Source: Bugula neritina
Taxonomy: Eukaryota; Animalia; Bryozoa
Assembly (NCBI GenBank): GCA_964035545.1
Contig: OZ037765.1
Coordinates: 10,550,698-10,614,697, forward strand
Direction of reading: 5' to 3'
Length of the DNA: 64,000 bases
The position numbers were made by a program, and so were the translations under genes. Positions 12,701 to 25,125 of this stretch are shown here, piece by piece. The notes under the pieces were generated by a model. The model saw only the letters and a list, made by a program, of their open reading frames with translations. It was not told the DNA's origin and made no database searches. Positions within the stretch are counted from its first letter, which is position 1, and each line of letters opens with the position of its first letter.

Positions 12701-15700
12701 TATAATACCATGTTGATAACCCTTTCTTGTATACGATTTACTTAGCGAAACAGCATGACATTAGCCATGGGACAATATAGTCTAGAATCTAGACTCTTAG
12801 ATTCTTTCAACTGTAAAGTAATCAGCCTCAAACCATTGCTGGATGAAGTGCCTACACTTAGCAGTGAAGCTACTGCAATAACATCAACAATTTTACTAAT
12901 GAGTTTTCAATACATGTTTTAGTCAGTTGGGTAAAATACAAAGATTCTCTGGTATGCTAGAATAAATGGTGATTAAACATTGGATTTGATGAACATTTTT
13001 TTCATATTGTGTGATGCAACATGATAGTTACAGAGAAGACGCTGATCCCACTAAAACTGTAATGAAGGCATTATATTTCAACACTGACTGCATACAACAT
13101 TGTTACCAACAGAATATTATCCATACATGAGTTTGTATTTTGCAAAAATAAGCATCGAGTCTGAGCTGCCATTTTCTTTCACCCAAAAACCATTAATATC
13201 AGACTTTAACTTACAAAGCATAGTAGTATAGCACATGCATATACAATAGCACACCAAGAAAAATATTATAAAGTGCTACACTTTATTGGTTACCAAAGGT
13301 GGCTGCAGAAAGCACATCAGACTATTATAATCTTTTCTAAAAGAGGCGCAAACAGTAAGCTTACACCTCCAGGACTATTTGGGATATCAAGTCCTTTATG
13401 GGTTGATTGCTCTTTTAACCTGGATTCTAAGGATAGCAATTAATTTAGTTTAAAGTTACTGCATTCTAGTCAGTTGAAAATGGCCTTTCTTTCCAGGTGG
13501 CATGGCCAGGAAATAAGTAAATACTGTATGAAAATCGCCATGTAGTAGAAATAGGTGTGCTCCGGAAGTACTATAGTGAAGTTTTAATGGCTGGCATATG
13601 GTATTGGATACTAGCCCTCAGAATTTTTTTGTCATCTTCCTGCCTCAATGGTGGTTGATGATTACTTTGAGTGAGGAAAAACATGTATTGAAAACTCATT
13701 AGTATAGCTTCAGAGCTAGGTGCAGATATTTCCTCAAACAATGACGTGAGACTGAGAAGCTCACGTTAAATATCACTTAAAAATGAAGCAAGCTGCTAAC
13801 AAAATTACTTCATAGTTGAAAAAACTGGACTATATTGTCCTATGGCTGATGGCATTGCATTTGTGGGATAAACATGCTGTTCCACTAAGTAAATCACGTA
13901 CAAAATGGTCATGATATCAAGTAACAGTATAGACTAGCATGCCAAGCACTACAGGTTAAAGCTCATTTTTATATAAATCGTCTATGTTGTCTATTGCTAA
14001 AAGCTGTGCATTTTAACTCCTGCAAATAAATATGCAACCAAGTTAAAAAAATTACTGTTGTAATTTTTTTAAGTAAAATAATGGTGGGTACATAAGCAAC
14101 TAATTTATGCTTAGCACAAGCTTATACATGTGTTCGTCAGTGTGCTGTAAATATATGCTAGTGATGACAAATATGGTGCAGCACTGCCATTACAGTTTGC
14201 TGACTGTGCTATGCTATTGCTACTGTTTTGCAATAGTAACAACAGTGTTTGATTTGCTGCACCTAAACAGTGTCTACCTTCGATGAAATCACCTAAGTTA
14301 TATAGCTGCCTATGGTTTATTACAGACCAAGTCAGAAAACTGGCATAGCAATATAAGCCAAAACAGATTTCGTAATACTAATAATTTCCCCATACACTGA
14401 AGTATTGTAGATGACTACAGCATGATCAAACTATAAAACTCAACCAAAAAAGGGGCGTGTACCAACTCTAAAATATCACCACTATAACTTATATAAAACT
14501 CTATATTTTCAAATGCAAATGAATTATTAGGCCAATCAGATACAATCATTAGCTGGTCAGGTAGAGTCCAGCCAATCAGAATTGTATAAAGTTGCAGCCA
14601 GCCAGCGTGCTACCCATCTGCCAAAAACAACCAGCCTATTTACCACTATGTCAATGAAAATGTCATTAAATGTGTTTTGCCAAAACAGCTGGGGCTGTGG
14701 TCAATTTGCACCAGGGTATTTTTTTAAACTTGTACTTTTTATTTGCATTTTGTAAGCACTTAAATTAAACATTTTGAAAAATGAACTCACGATTCATAAA
14801 TTTAAGATATGAAATAAAATAATGCATGTAATAAAAGTTGCACAGCTATTTCCTAGAAGTATGCATTTTGCATTTGAACTTGCAGAAGTTTATATAAGTT
14901 ATAGTGGTGAGTATTCTAGAATTGGTACAAGGTACTAAATGTACCAAACTTACATGGTCTATTGTAGTGTAAGCTGACATACAATATTATGCATTCTGCT
15001 GTCATATATACTAGAGCAGCTGACAGCTAATTGAGTGATTCAGTGTTAGCAACTGTAGGCCTGGCAATGCTAATGATGACTCCCAAAGGATTTCATGTTA
15101 CACAACATCCTTACATAAAGCAGGCCTACATGTCATCAAAGCACTAAGTGGCAGAAAACTTTCCTATACCTTAGAGCCTTTCATGGTCATGTGGGCTTTG
15201 ATCTTTAGCAGGTAATAGTGGGGCGGTTCTCTCTCAGCCACCAACTCCTGAAATAATGAAGAGTGGAGCAATATATATTATATGCACCAGAATATTGCAT
15301 AAATTCTACATAGTATCATATTCTTTCCCTGGGTGCATCCAGGCAAATTATAGCATTTCATTAACTATGCGCTGGATGATAGTGGTAGAGTGCACAGCTT
15401 GCCAAACTACACACATGAAACAACCTTCATGCATTTGATCTAATGAGTCACTCTAAAATAGCGATAATAGTTCACACATTATCCAAAAAGTAGCAACGCC
15501 TTTTTCACATCAGCAAACCACCATTTGCAATTCATAGGTCGTATTGAACTCAATGAGTAAGAACCTAATCACATTAAGCTATGAAGCGTGGGCTTAACCT
15601 GGATATGACAATACCATAAAGAATGCGTGACAATAATTTTCTTGTTGCCTACATTCAGTTTTATATTGGAACCTTTGAAATCTCGCATCTGCACTATTAC

Positions 15701-16930
15701 TTTCCGAACTACCAGTACCAGTGAGTTGAACATAAAAAAATGAGCAGGTTTACTCAGTTAGACATTTCACATAGACTAGGCTTAGCAGATAAAGCAAAAC
15801 ACATGTGCTGTAAACATTATTCTGTAAATCCATTTTAATGAAAAGCGTGACTGCCTACTCGCACTTATGTAATAATTAAATTTGCCATACTTTTTCTACT
15901 ACTAAAATATAGCCTCAGGGTGGTATAGCAAACTAAAATTTATTTTATAGTACATTTCGTAAACCATCAACTAGGACTGTCTGGTAGTCATATCATTGAA
16001 TAATACTATTGTAAGTTCTATTTCTAAACAAAACCAGTTTTTCAACTGCACTTCCTTTTGATAGTTCAGCCAATGTATAATGTATTAGTTAGCTTCTATG
16101 GTAAATAATGAGATAATAAAATCATAATAGTAATATTAATATTTATTTATTCAATTAAAATCAACATAAATTAAAAGTTGAAATTATCTGTTTTTAGTTT
16201 TCTATCTGCACTATTACTCTACTTGACAATCAAAATCAATAGAATTAGTTGCCATAGTGATAGAAATAATAGTCTAGGTTACTAAATACTAATTTGAATT
16301 TGATGCCATGCATATTTAAGCCTGCAAGTGACCAGAAGCTGATCATTACATTAGTTTATAATATCATACTGCAACAATAGATTATAAATATTATGCTGGA
16401 TAAAGCTTCACCTATCCTCAGTTAGTTCCCATTTTGTTTTGTATTTAGCTCATAGTTAAAATATTCCCGTTATTTCTATTATACTATACTGTATGTCTAT
16501 TACTATACTCCACTTTAACCAATAACTTACTTGATCACATATAATTTCCCACTTTTTCTCATCGTTGAACTTTCTCATTTCCCGTTCTTTTTCTAACGGC
16601 AAATCCATCATACCCTGTACAAATAAAAATAGCTTCGTTTGGAATGTAAAACTAGAGATGATATTATCTTTTATTACAAATAGGAGTACCTCATCTTATA
16701 TAAACTTACATACATTACCTATTTTATGGATTACAGCTACACGCTTAGCTATACAAACATTTGCAAGACTTCTTTACTTGGGTGAGTGAACTGTCATTGA
16801 AAGAACTTACAAGCACATTGTTGAACTTTTTTTCAAGTTCCTCATTATCTGGCATGGGCAGCCTTTTCCGCACCCCAGAAGCAACATGCTCCTGGTCGCC
16901 AGTACTATGTCCACTGTATGCACTCCCCAT
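738..16930 (-). CDS. FMNL: Formin-like protein, FMNL/FRL subfamily (GBD/FH3, FH1, FH2); 3' end lies beyond the left edge of the window
   Basis: Phase-consistent exons read manually: 16930-16811 (MGSAYS...[17 protein letters not shown]; MGxxxS myristoylation consensus), 16614-16531 (MDLPLEK...KKWEIICDQ), 15247-15170, 10347-10268 ([17 protein letters not shown]), 8005-7922 ([12 protein letters not shown]), 6417-6225, 5379-5237 ([15 protein letters not shown]), 4850-4690 ([10 protein letters not shown]), 4578-4421, 4222-4043, 3785-3314 (poly-Pro FH1), 3165-3050 ([16 protein letters not shown]2 start), 2889-2727, 2368-2169, 1747-1661, 1467-1399, 1285-1139 ([10 protein letters not shown]...GFKLQSL), 880-738. 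These motifs are characteristic of FMNL formins. Confidence 0.95.
3904..4042. repeat. 30-bp minisatellite, about 4.6 copies (tctagttactacaccagcatacgatatacc)
   Basis: Directly visible tandem units at 3931, 3961, 3991 and 4021 plus a degenerate copy from 3904. It abuts the FMNL splice donor at 4042. Confidence 0.95.
8262..8735. repeat. Polypurine (GA/GGA-rich) low-complexity tract in an FMNL intron
   Basis: About 470 bp that are almost exclusively G/A on the plus strand. The overlapping ORFs are low-complexity artefacts. Confidence 0.95.
11407..14963. mobile_element. Non-autonomous foldback-type DNA transposon with 635-bp terminal inverted repeats
   Basis: 11407-12041 (aatagaccatgtaagtttggtaca...) is the near-perfect reverse complement of 14329-14963 (...tgtaccaaacttacatggtctatt). 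Diverged inverted similarity continues inward to about 12785/13826. No transposase ORF is visible. Confidence 0.9.
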
Positions 16931-18129
16931 GTCTTATTTGCTAGATATCCATAAACAGAAGAATATCAACGAAATACAGGCTCCAAGGCAAACATGGATA
17001 TTGTGTTACAATCAAACTCCACCAAACTGCTGGCTGATGTTGGAGAAAATATGGTCTACAATTTAAATCATCATATTTAAAATACATAAATCAAAATGTT
17101 GAACTCAAAACTAGGAGAAAAGAGCACCAAATGACTAATGAAAACCAACAATTATGTACATTAAGAATTCACACAGAGTTGCACAACTAATATCTCCATC
17201 ATCATATATGAAATGCTTTAAAGTAGTCTTTAAAAAACTCATTCTAATCTTAGTCAGCAAACACCATCTTTTTCTAATATGAAAACTCAAACAGTGCGAG
17301 ATTTCGAAAATACCTACACTGTAAAACATTTTTATTTAGTTCGACTATATACTCCCATTCTGGATAATTATGCTACAAAATTGCAACAAGTCACTAAAAT
17401 AGCTCAACGTTGAAAACATATACCCTCCCCATTAACATTAGACAATATCAACAGGTACAGAATATAATTGTATTGATAAGACTGTTACCTACATACACAC
17501 TTATAGTTGCTGTTAGGGATTAAATTTAATAAATGATTAATTACACCTATAGGCTCCAAGTACTATAATAATGGTTGCAACTGTCACACTGCTGAAGCTT
17601 TAATATTATTCTTGGAAACTAATACTAAAACCACTATGGTTGTTACTGAATGTGAAGTATAGCCAATAGTGCTATAGGTACAAAATCTAGTAAAACCAGA
17701 TTAATCTACATAACAATTAACATGACCTTTTTTAATTTTCTAGAATTATTCCATCAGTTAGTTAAAAGACTAGCCTATTGATTTTAAACATAACAGCTAT
17801 AACTTTAATAAATTAGTTTTGGCAAGATAAGCATCAATGAACTAGGTTTGGAAAAGCCTCATAATGATAAGCCAGTGTCGTACGAATACTTTAAATTGTC
17901 GATTACTCCAACTTTAATAGTGTGTGAGTAAGTCTTACAAAGTGAAGCTCGCAGTCACATAGCCAGAATGAAACTCAGATTGAGATACATGATGATAATA
18001 AGTAATAACAAATCCATAATTTTTATACTAAAAACTGATGAAATTAATAATTATATCTAAAAATATCAATATAAGTATGATGCTAATAAGTAATATGCTT
18101 ACATTAACTTAAACTTTTTTATATTAGAT

Positions 18130-18640
18130 AATAGATTTAATGCTATCAGTATCATTAATATAACTAAAACTAAAAGTACAAGTATAAGTCAAAGTATGAG
18201 TATGAATATTAGACTATTACTATTAGTATTGGTTACAGTTAATGTTATAGCCCACTTATAGTATTACTATTAGTATTAGTAATTGTATTAGACTTAGTTA
18301 TACAGTTATTGTTAAACTTAATGTTATACTTATATTTCTAACTTATAGTTATACTTATAGTTATAGTATTATACTTATTAATAACTTATACTTATACTTA
18401 TAGTTATTCTTATTCTAAGTTAAAGTTAAACTTAATGTAAATGTTATACTCATAAGTCATAGTCATAGTGATAGTCATACTAACACTAATAGTAATACTA
18501 ATACTAAATCTAATAGTAATAGTAATACTAATAGTAATAGTAATACTCAGTCATACTCACTGATACTGATACTCATACTCATAGTCATAGTGATAGTATC
18601 ACTGATAGTGATAATCATACTGATACTGATACTTTACTAA
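18130..18640. repeat. Degenerate hexamer-periodic tract (ACTAAT/AGTAAT/ACTCAT/AGTGAT/ACTTAT)
   Basis: Visible 6-bp periodicity, e.g. atactcatactcatagtcatagtgatagtatcactgatagtgat. Confidence 0.8.
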
Positions 18641-19734
18641 AGAGTAAAGAGCTTTACTTACCATAAGAATATAGGTTATAATGATAATAATACCATTACT
18701 CTATTGGTATCAAATTAATCAATATGTGAAATTCAACTGACATGTACTTGTAACATTAATTTTAAAGTCTAAATAAGTAAACTTTAGCCAGGTCACTGAA
18801 ATATAACTCATTCGAATTGTGTTTTGTTGGGGTAGTCCAGGCTATTTTTATCTACTATGCGATTGAAGGAAAATAATAATCTTGGCTTATAGTTGCGCAC
18901 ACCGAACTCAACAATATTCCAGCTCAGTGGTTGCGCAGTGAACATTTTATAATGGATAAACAACTCTTAAGAAGGCCTCATGCTAGTAAAAATCTTCTGT
19001 ATTATACTATATCAGTAGATTATTATTATATTTTAACAATATACTAGATACAATTATCTTATTACTTCATTGTTATATAATTTATTATATTTAACAAAAT
19101 TATACATTTAATGCACCATATTCAAGAAAAGTATTTTTAGTAGAGGAGATAATTATGGATATAAAGTAGGTGACGCGAAATTTAAAATAGAACTACAAAC
19201 ACTGAAATGGAATAATATAGTCATATTCCAGTTCATTGACCACAAATATAAAAAAAATTGTGCCCGCTGATTCAAAAAAGTTATCTGTAAGCAGTTGCTT
19301 TGTCAAAAGCAAAAATAATTTTGATACAATGAATTTCAAAGTAATAAAATTAAAGCACTATTTCCCATAAATATAAAAATTTAAATTTATATTCGTGGTT
19401 GTCTTTTCCTACTGTAGGATTATAAAAAGCACGGTTCATGGTCAAATCCACTGAATTATAAATAATTTTCCTGTTCATTGGTTGAATCTATTTTAGTGAC
19501 AATGAGATTGAAACAGCAGTAGAAACCTGTGCTAAATATATAGCGATTCAACAGCAACAAATTTATTTTCTATTAACCCGAGGGATTAAATTTAATGATT
19601 CTCATCTTAATCAAACGATTTTTTAATTTAGCTTGGCGCTAAATAAAAGATAGATTTGTGGTTCAGTACAATTTTACCGTAGTATTTAGTTCGATAATAG
19701 ATCTAATCTTAATATGTAAAAATATAATTTGTAT

Positions 19735-20128
19735 TGTTACTCATACTAACTCTAAGTCTAATCTAAATCAGCATACTCCGACAGTGACACTGACAGTCAC
19801 TCAGAGTCAGTGACACTGACTTTCACTTTCAGTGTCACACTCACTGTGACAGTGACACTCAAAGTCAGTCTCATAGTGACAATGAGTGTAACACTGACAG
19901 TGATAGTCACTCAATCTGTAGTTTGACTGTAAGTGTATTATTAATATTATTGTCAATTGCAGTATCACTATCAATAATACCAATTATTATTATAATACCA
20001 ATACTAATAGTAATAGTAATACTACTCACTAATAGTAATACTAATAGTAATAGTAGTACTAACTGTTACTATAAGTATCTGTATAGTAATAATAATACTA
20101 ATACAGTGATACTAATAGTAATAGTAAT
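19735..20128. repeat. Degenerate hexamer-periodic tract (ACTGAC/AGTGAC/AGTAAT)
   Basis: e.g. acagtgacactgacagtcactcagagtcagtgacactgac and actaatagtaatagtaat. The tract resumes after the LINE insert at 20644. Confidence 0.8.
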
Positions 20129-20643
20129 TATTACCTCGCTTTATTACCTCAGTTGAGGTAGGACTTCTGCAGCAACTGGAATGATTATAGGAAAGCTTCT
20201 AGTGACAACTTATATTAGACCAGGGTTAGCACTTTTTAAGCATTTGCTGTTTTGTAATTAGTTATTATATTCTGATTCTCCTCGCATCTCACGAATTGTT
20301 TGTGGCAGAAAACTAGTGTGGAACATACTTTTCCTAGCTAATATCGAGATAAGTTCTTCTCTGGCAGCCGTTCGGGTGACTGCAGTTAAAAGCTTCCTGT
20401 CTTCAATAATCTCGTCATAGGCTCTGGATAGAGTGCGATGCAGATCCTCATTCGGTAGAATTTGGGTCAGCAAACACAGTCGATGATTTTTTCTTCTGTT
20501 TTCCAGTGACCGGAGTCCTAACTTCTCCCTCACCTCAGATACACTGTCAGTGCATCCCTTCATATTGCTTATGAACCGTATGGTGCTGTTCTGGACCAGC
20601 CTTATATCATGCACCTTGCTTTTAGTCGCAGGATCCCATACCA
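20129..20643 (-). mobile_element. 5'-truncated LINE (CR1/L2-like clade) 3' fragment: end of ORF2 plus 3' UTR
   Basis: ORF 20258-20644 reads VWDP...IRLVQNSTIRFI...SVSEVREKLGLRSLENRRKNHRLCLL...SFLPQTIRE, the typical post-RT C-terminus of CR1/L2-type LINEs. It is flanked by a 20-bp direct repeat atactaatagtaatagtaat (20109-20128 and 20644-20663). Confidence 0.85.
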
Positions 20644-22451
20644 ATACTAATAGTAATAGTAATATTGAGTCTAATGGTAATAGTAATAGTTTACTACAAA
20701 ATTTAATTATTCATCATCATGATTTTAAATTAAAATTCATTCAGCGCATCGGTATTATAATAAGTTGGCCCAATTAAGACTAAAAGCTTGAGTTTCATTC
20801 AAGCTAAATTTTAAAGACGAATGGAGTGTCTGTGTAGGCGTAGCAAGTTTACTTGCAGTTTTAGTTTAGTAGTTTTATGCTTTATATAACATTATGATTA
20901 AGTTCGACTATAATTCATAAGTTTCAAACTAATACTATGATAAAGTGATTATGATTATCATATATTTGTTCATGATTATCATATTATTTCTTGCACTTGT
21001 GCTCATTGTAGTTGTATTGCATGATTTTATTTCAGTTTTATGTTTGGGTGTCAAGTAGTTTTTACCTTTTAGTCAAACAATTTTTAAATTGAATTATTTT
21101 AGGTACCTATGAGTATGTTGATAATGATATTCTGTTAGTGCTATATATTTACCTTTAAAACTAAAAGCTGTATTATACGTTTGAAATTAAAAGTGTTGCT
21201 GTTTCAAACTTGCAATGAGTAAAAATAGTCACAGACATACTCTTATTGATTATTGCTAAATGCTATCACAACGTAAACTGAAATAACTTGTTAACTGTAC
21301 AGGTACCTATCTTTAATATCGCTGTATAGAACTAAAGTCACGTGTGTTTTTATGCTATCTACAATAATTTTGACAGTTGTTGTTGGAACATTACCATGAA
21401 TTGTTATGCTTTATTATGTATCTAATGCTTTTTCCTAACTATTTTTATTTATTGCTGTAATCTGCTCCCAGAGTGTTAATTTGGTTCAAATTACTAAATA
21501 AGTATAGTATTGTAGTTGTTTATTTTGACATTCAATAACAGCTGCAAGAAAATATTAGAACATGCATATCATTTTCAGTCTCAAACATAATGATGTAGCA
21601 ATTTCAACTGATGCTGAGTGATTCATTTATCACACACACACAGCCCGAATTAGTTGCATTGTTATAAATTTTGATATTTCTATTAAGTCTAAGTTTTACG
21701 ATATTCTTGTTTCATTCTAGTTACCTCAACAATCAAATACTTGCTATGATATTCAGTGTCCAAGTCATCAATTTTAATTGATGGTGGTTATTTTTCAAAT
21801 TCATGTTTTCTTTTTTTGCTCTTTTAATGGTATTGCTATAGCATGCCTTTTATCTTTAACAGCTCATTGCTCAATTTTTATTTTTTTCCAGCAGTTTTAT
21901 ATCTTTCTTGGCATGATTCATTTGTCTCTTATAGACCTTCTTGTCTTTTCCACCCAAGTAAGTCTGACTTTTATTTTCATTTCACATTTTAGCCATTTTT
22001 TCTGTCTTTACCCTAATTTTCATTTTGATATATCAATTTACTATATCTTCTTACTCTTCTTTTTTGTTGCCCTCATTTATTTCCAATATGGCCGTCTTTT
22101 ATTTTACAAATTCAGTCAACCTTTTTTTATGTACTTATTTGTACTTTTTTTCCTATTGCAACCCATCAATAACTAAGAGTGGAAAAACTTCTCTGTTCAT
22201 TACCAGTTTTACTGTATAAATATTTTCATCTTTTCAGCTGTCAATCATTTTATTTGGTTCGAGGTTCCTTTCTATTTTACATATTTTTCACTTTTTCTGA
22301 CCCTAACTCTTAAATGCTTTAGGCAGTCAAATCACTGTTTTCCAGCTAAAAGCTTATAGTTCATTCCCCAACATAATTTATTATTGAACATATTAATTTC
22401 TTATATTTATTATTTTCTAGATTCTGAAGCAATTGAGTAGATTTGGCGATT

Positions 22452-24081
22452 ATGACTTTACGTTTTAAAAATGTTATGCACTTATTATTGAAGTTACCTG
22501 GTTATGGAAGGCATCATTTCAGTGCAGCATCCAAGGTAGATTTATTTTCTGTTGATGGACCTATGCAATATAACTTTTTTATAACTCAATACTGCTCCTG
22601 AAAGTTATGACATCATACATTTAGTGATTCATTAGTTTGGTTTGGTTTAAAGACAAAACTCTTGAACTTGTTCCATGCCAACTAATTCACACGATGCATT
22701 ATTTGTAGGTGCCAAGCAAGTCTGTATGGAAAACAGTGCCAAAGTCTGATAATTATCAGGTGCGGCAACTCCATACCTCTTCTCATTACTTCCGAGACAC
22801 TGAAATTAAATATAACAAATGCTTTAATTTTTTCTTAGCGTTGCTCAATTAAATTCCTTCAACAAAATACTTTTATTAAATTAATAAATGCTTTGCAATA
22901 TAAAACAGTCATGATAATGTTTCCTGCAGACTCCAGAACTATCTGATGAGTTATTGAGGTATATCGAGAGAACTTCTCTGGTGAAGTTCTCCAATGAAGA
23001 TGGTATAAAGCAGTTACAAGACGCTATTGAGTTTGCCAGTCAGATTGGAGACGTTAACACCGACGGTGTTGAGCCTTTATATTCTCTCCATGAAACTGAG
23101 TAAGTGAAAGCCAATGTGGTTGCCTGTTTAAACACTTTTTTCTGAAAAGTTTGCATTTTGTCTTGGTTGACAATTACAGGTTAACAGAAAATTATAAATT
23201 CTTTTTTAACTGCAGAAAAATTTTTATTTGCTGTAAAATAATATAGATTTGAATGGTTAAATATCAATGTTTTGCTCTTATTAAATTTGTAAAATTAATT
23301 TGTGGATTTGTCAACAAAATAGTGGGAATAATTAACAGCTCACTTAATCTACTTTTATATGAATTTGAGCTAACCTCTTTTGTTAAAATACTGAAAAAAA
23401 TTGTGTTTACATTTAAAAAAGCAATTGAAGGGTGTTATGGAAAACTGCTAGTTTTGGTTTCACCGTTTTTTCGTACTTTTTAGCTCAAGTTGACAAACGA
23501 CATTCATGTTTTTAACTTGTACAATCTTTTAAATGCCAATTTGACAGGGTAGCCTATCTGAGAGAAGATGAGGTTACTGAAGGGAATCACAGGGAAGAGT
23601 TGCTATCACAAGCTGCTGTCTCCGTAGAAGAACTCTATTTCTCAGCACCACCAGGTTATTCATACTATTTAAAATATATACAAAAATGGTTGGAAGATGC
23701 TTACATATGTACAGAGGCTGTTAGCCTGTATACATGCATAATTTCAACTTCAACATGCAAGCCTGTATGTTTAAAACATTTAAATAATATTTTTATACAT
23801 TTAGAATTTTCTATAGAGTTTAAACTTGTGCTATATTAGGTAATGTACCTCAATTTCTAGTGTCAATCTCACTAAAACATTTGACACTATAAATAGAAGA
23901 GCTCTATGGCAAGTCAGGAAGCATCTTGGTTGCCTTCCCAAGTTATCATCTATGATCATGCAGCTTCTAAAAATCAGATGGGACAAGTCAAATTCAAATT
24001 TTGCTTTGAAGTTTAGACTTGTGCTATATTTTAGGTAATGTACCATTGGATCAGACAGGAGACCTCAGAAAGAAAAAATGA
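22452..24081 (+). CDS. GATC: Glutamyl-tRNA(Gln) amidotransferase subunit C, mitochondrial
   Basis: Exons 22452-22535 (MTLRFKNVMHLLLKLPGYGRHHFSAASK, presequence-like), 22709-22759, 22930-23099 (RYIERTSLVKF...LQDAIEFA...VNTDGVEPLYS), 23548-23654 (YLREDEVTEGN...YFSAPP), 24035-24081 (GNVPLDQTGDLRKKK*). All introns are GT-AG and in phase. The motifs T.GVEP, LREDEV and YF.APPGN match metazoan GatC. Confidence 0.92.
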
Positions 24082-25125
24082 CTCATTTTTTGAATGTAAG
24101 CAGCTGTGTTTATATTAAAATGAGAAATGAAGATGTGAAAGTATATTGTGTACAAGGTTCTGTGACCTTTGAAATGTAAAATATTTCAAACTGCTCACTT
24201 GAAAACTTGTTAGTGTATCAGTTTTTTGTACTATTCAACATAAAAGCATGTTGGTGCTGTCCTCATAATTCTAACACAAGTTTTCAAGTTTAATAAGGGT
24301 ACGTTTCTGATGTACTGCTTGCTAGTTATTAATTTTGCATTAATGATTTATCCATATTACAACTACCTTACCTATTTAGCTTATGGTAAGTTTCATTATC
24401 GATGACATAGCTTGGACTGTGTACTTACTTGTACAAATAATACTGTTGTTTTGTGGATTATAATTTAAATAAATCATGTGCATTCAGTAATACTTATCAT
24501 TTTTAGCAGTGATTTCAATACTAGAGAGCACTTGTGGTCATAATAATAGGATATTTATTACCTTGAAATTCTAGTGGTTATTAATATATATATTTTTAGC
24601 AATAAACTGCAAATAATTTATTTCCTTTAATGCAACAATATTTCAATAACAATTGTTATTTGTCTGACAAGTACGGATGCATGTTATATTGGCTGTAAAA
24701 AACAAGCCTTGCTTCAACAAAGATGCAGCAATGATAACATAGTCCATTTTGTTTGCATTGCTATAGGATTTTATATTCATTATCTACTTGGATAAACATT
24801 CAATGGCTAAGCAAAATGAGTCTCCAAATTTCATTATCATGACACATTAGCTAGAGGACTACATTGAGAGCTTGTAATTTGTTTTCCTTGCAGAAATAAA
24901 GAAGTTGTGCAAATTAAGTAAAAGCAAATTTCAGCCTTTACTTTGCAGTTATTGATTACCACAACTTTTTATTTGGAAGCATAATCAGCAGATACATCAC
25001 ATAAAGAATAGACATTAAATTTAAAAAATACACATCATGACATAATTATTAAAAGATATGACCGGTGGCAAACTATTAGCTATACTATTGTTTACCTTTG
25101 GTAAAAAATTGAAAATTATCAGCAC

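Noticed and set aside
21778-22219. Hydrophobic Phe-rich ORFs upstream of GATC
   Set aside because: T-rich non-coding composition, no recognisable motif and no supported splice structure.
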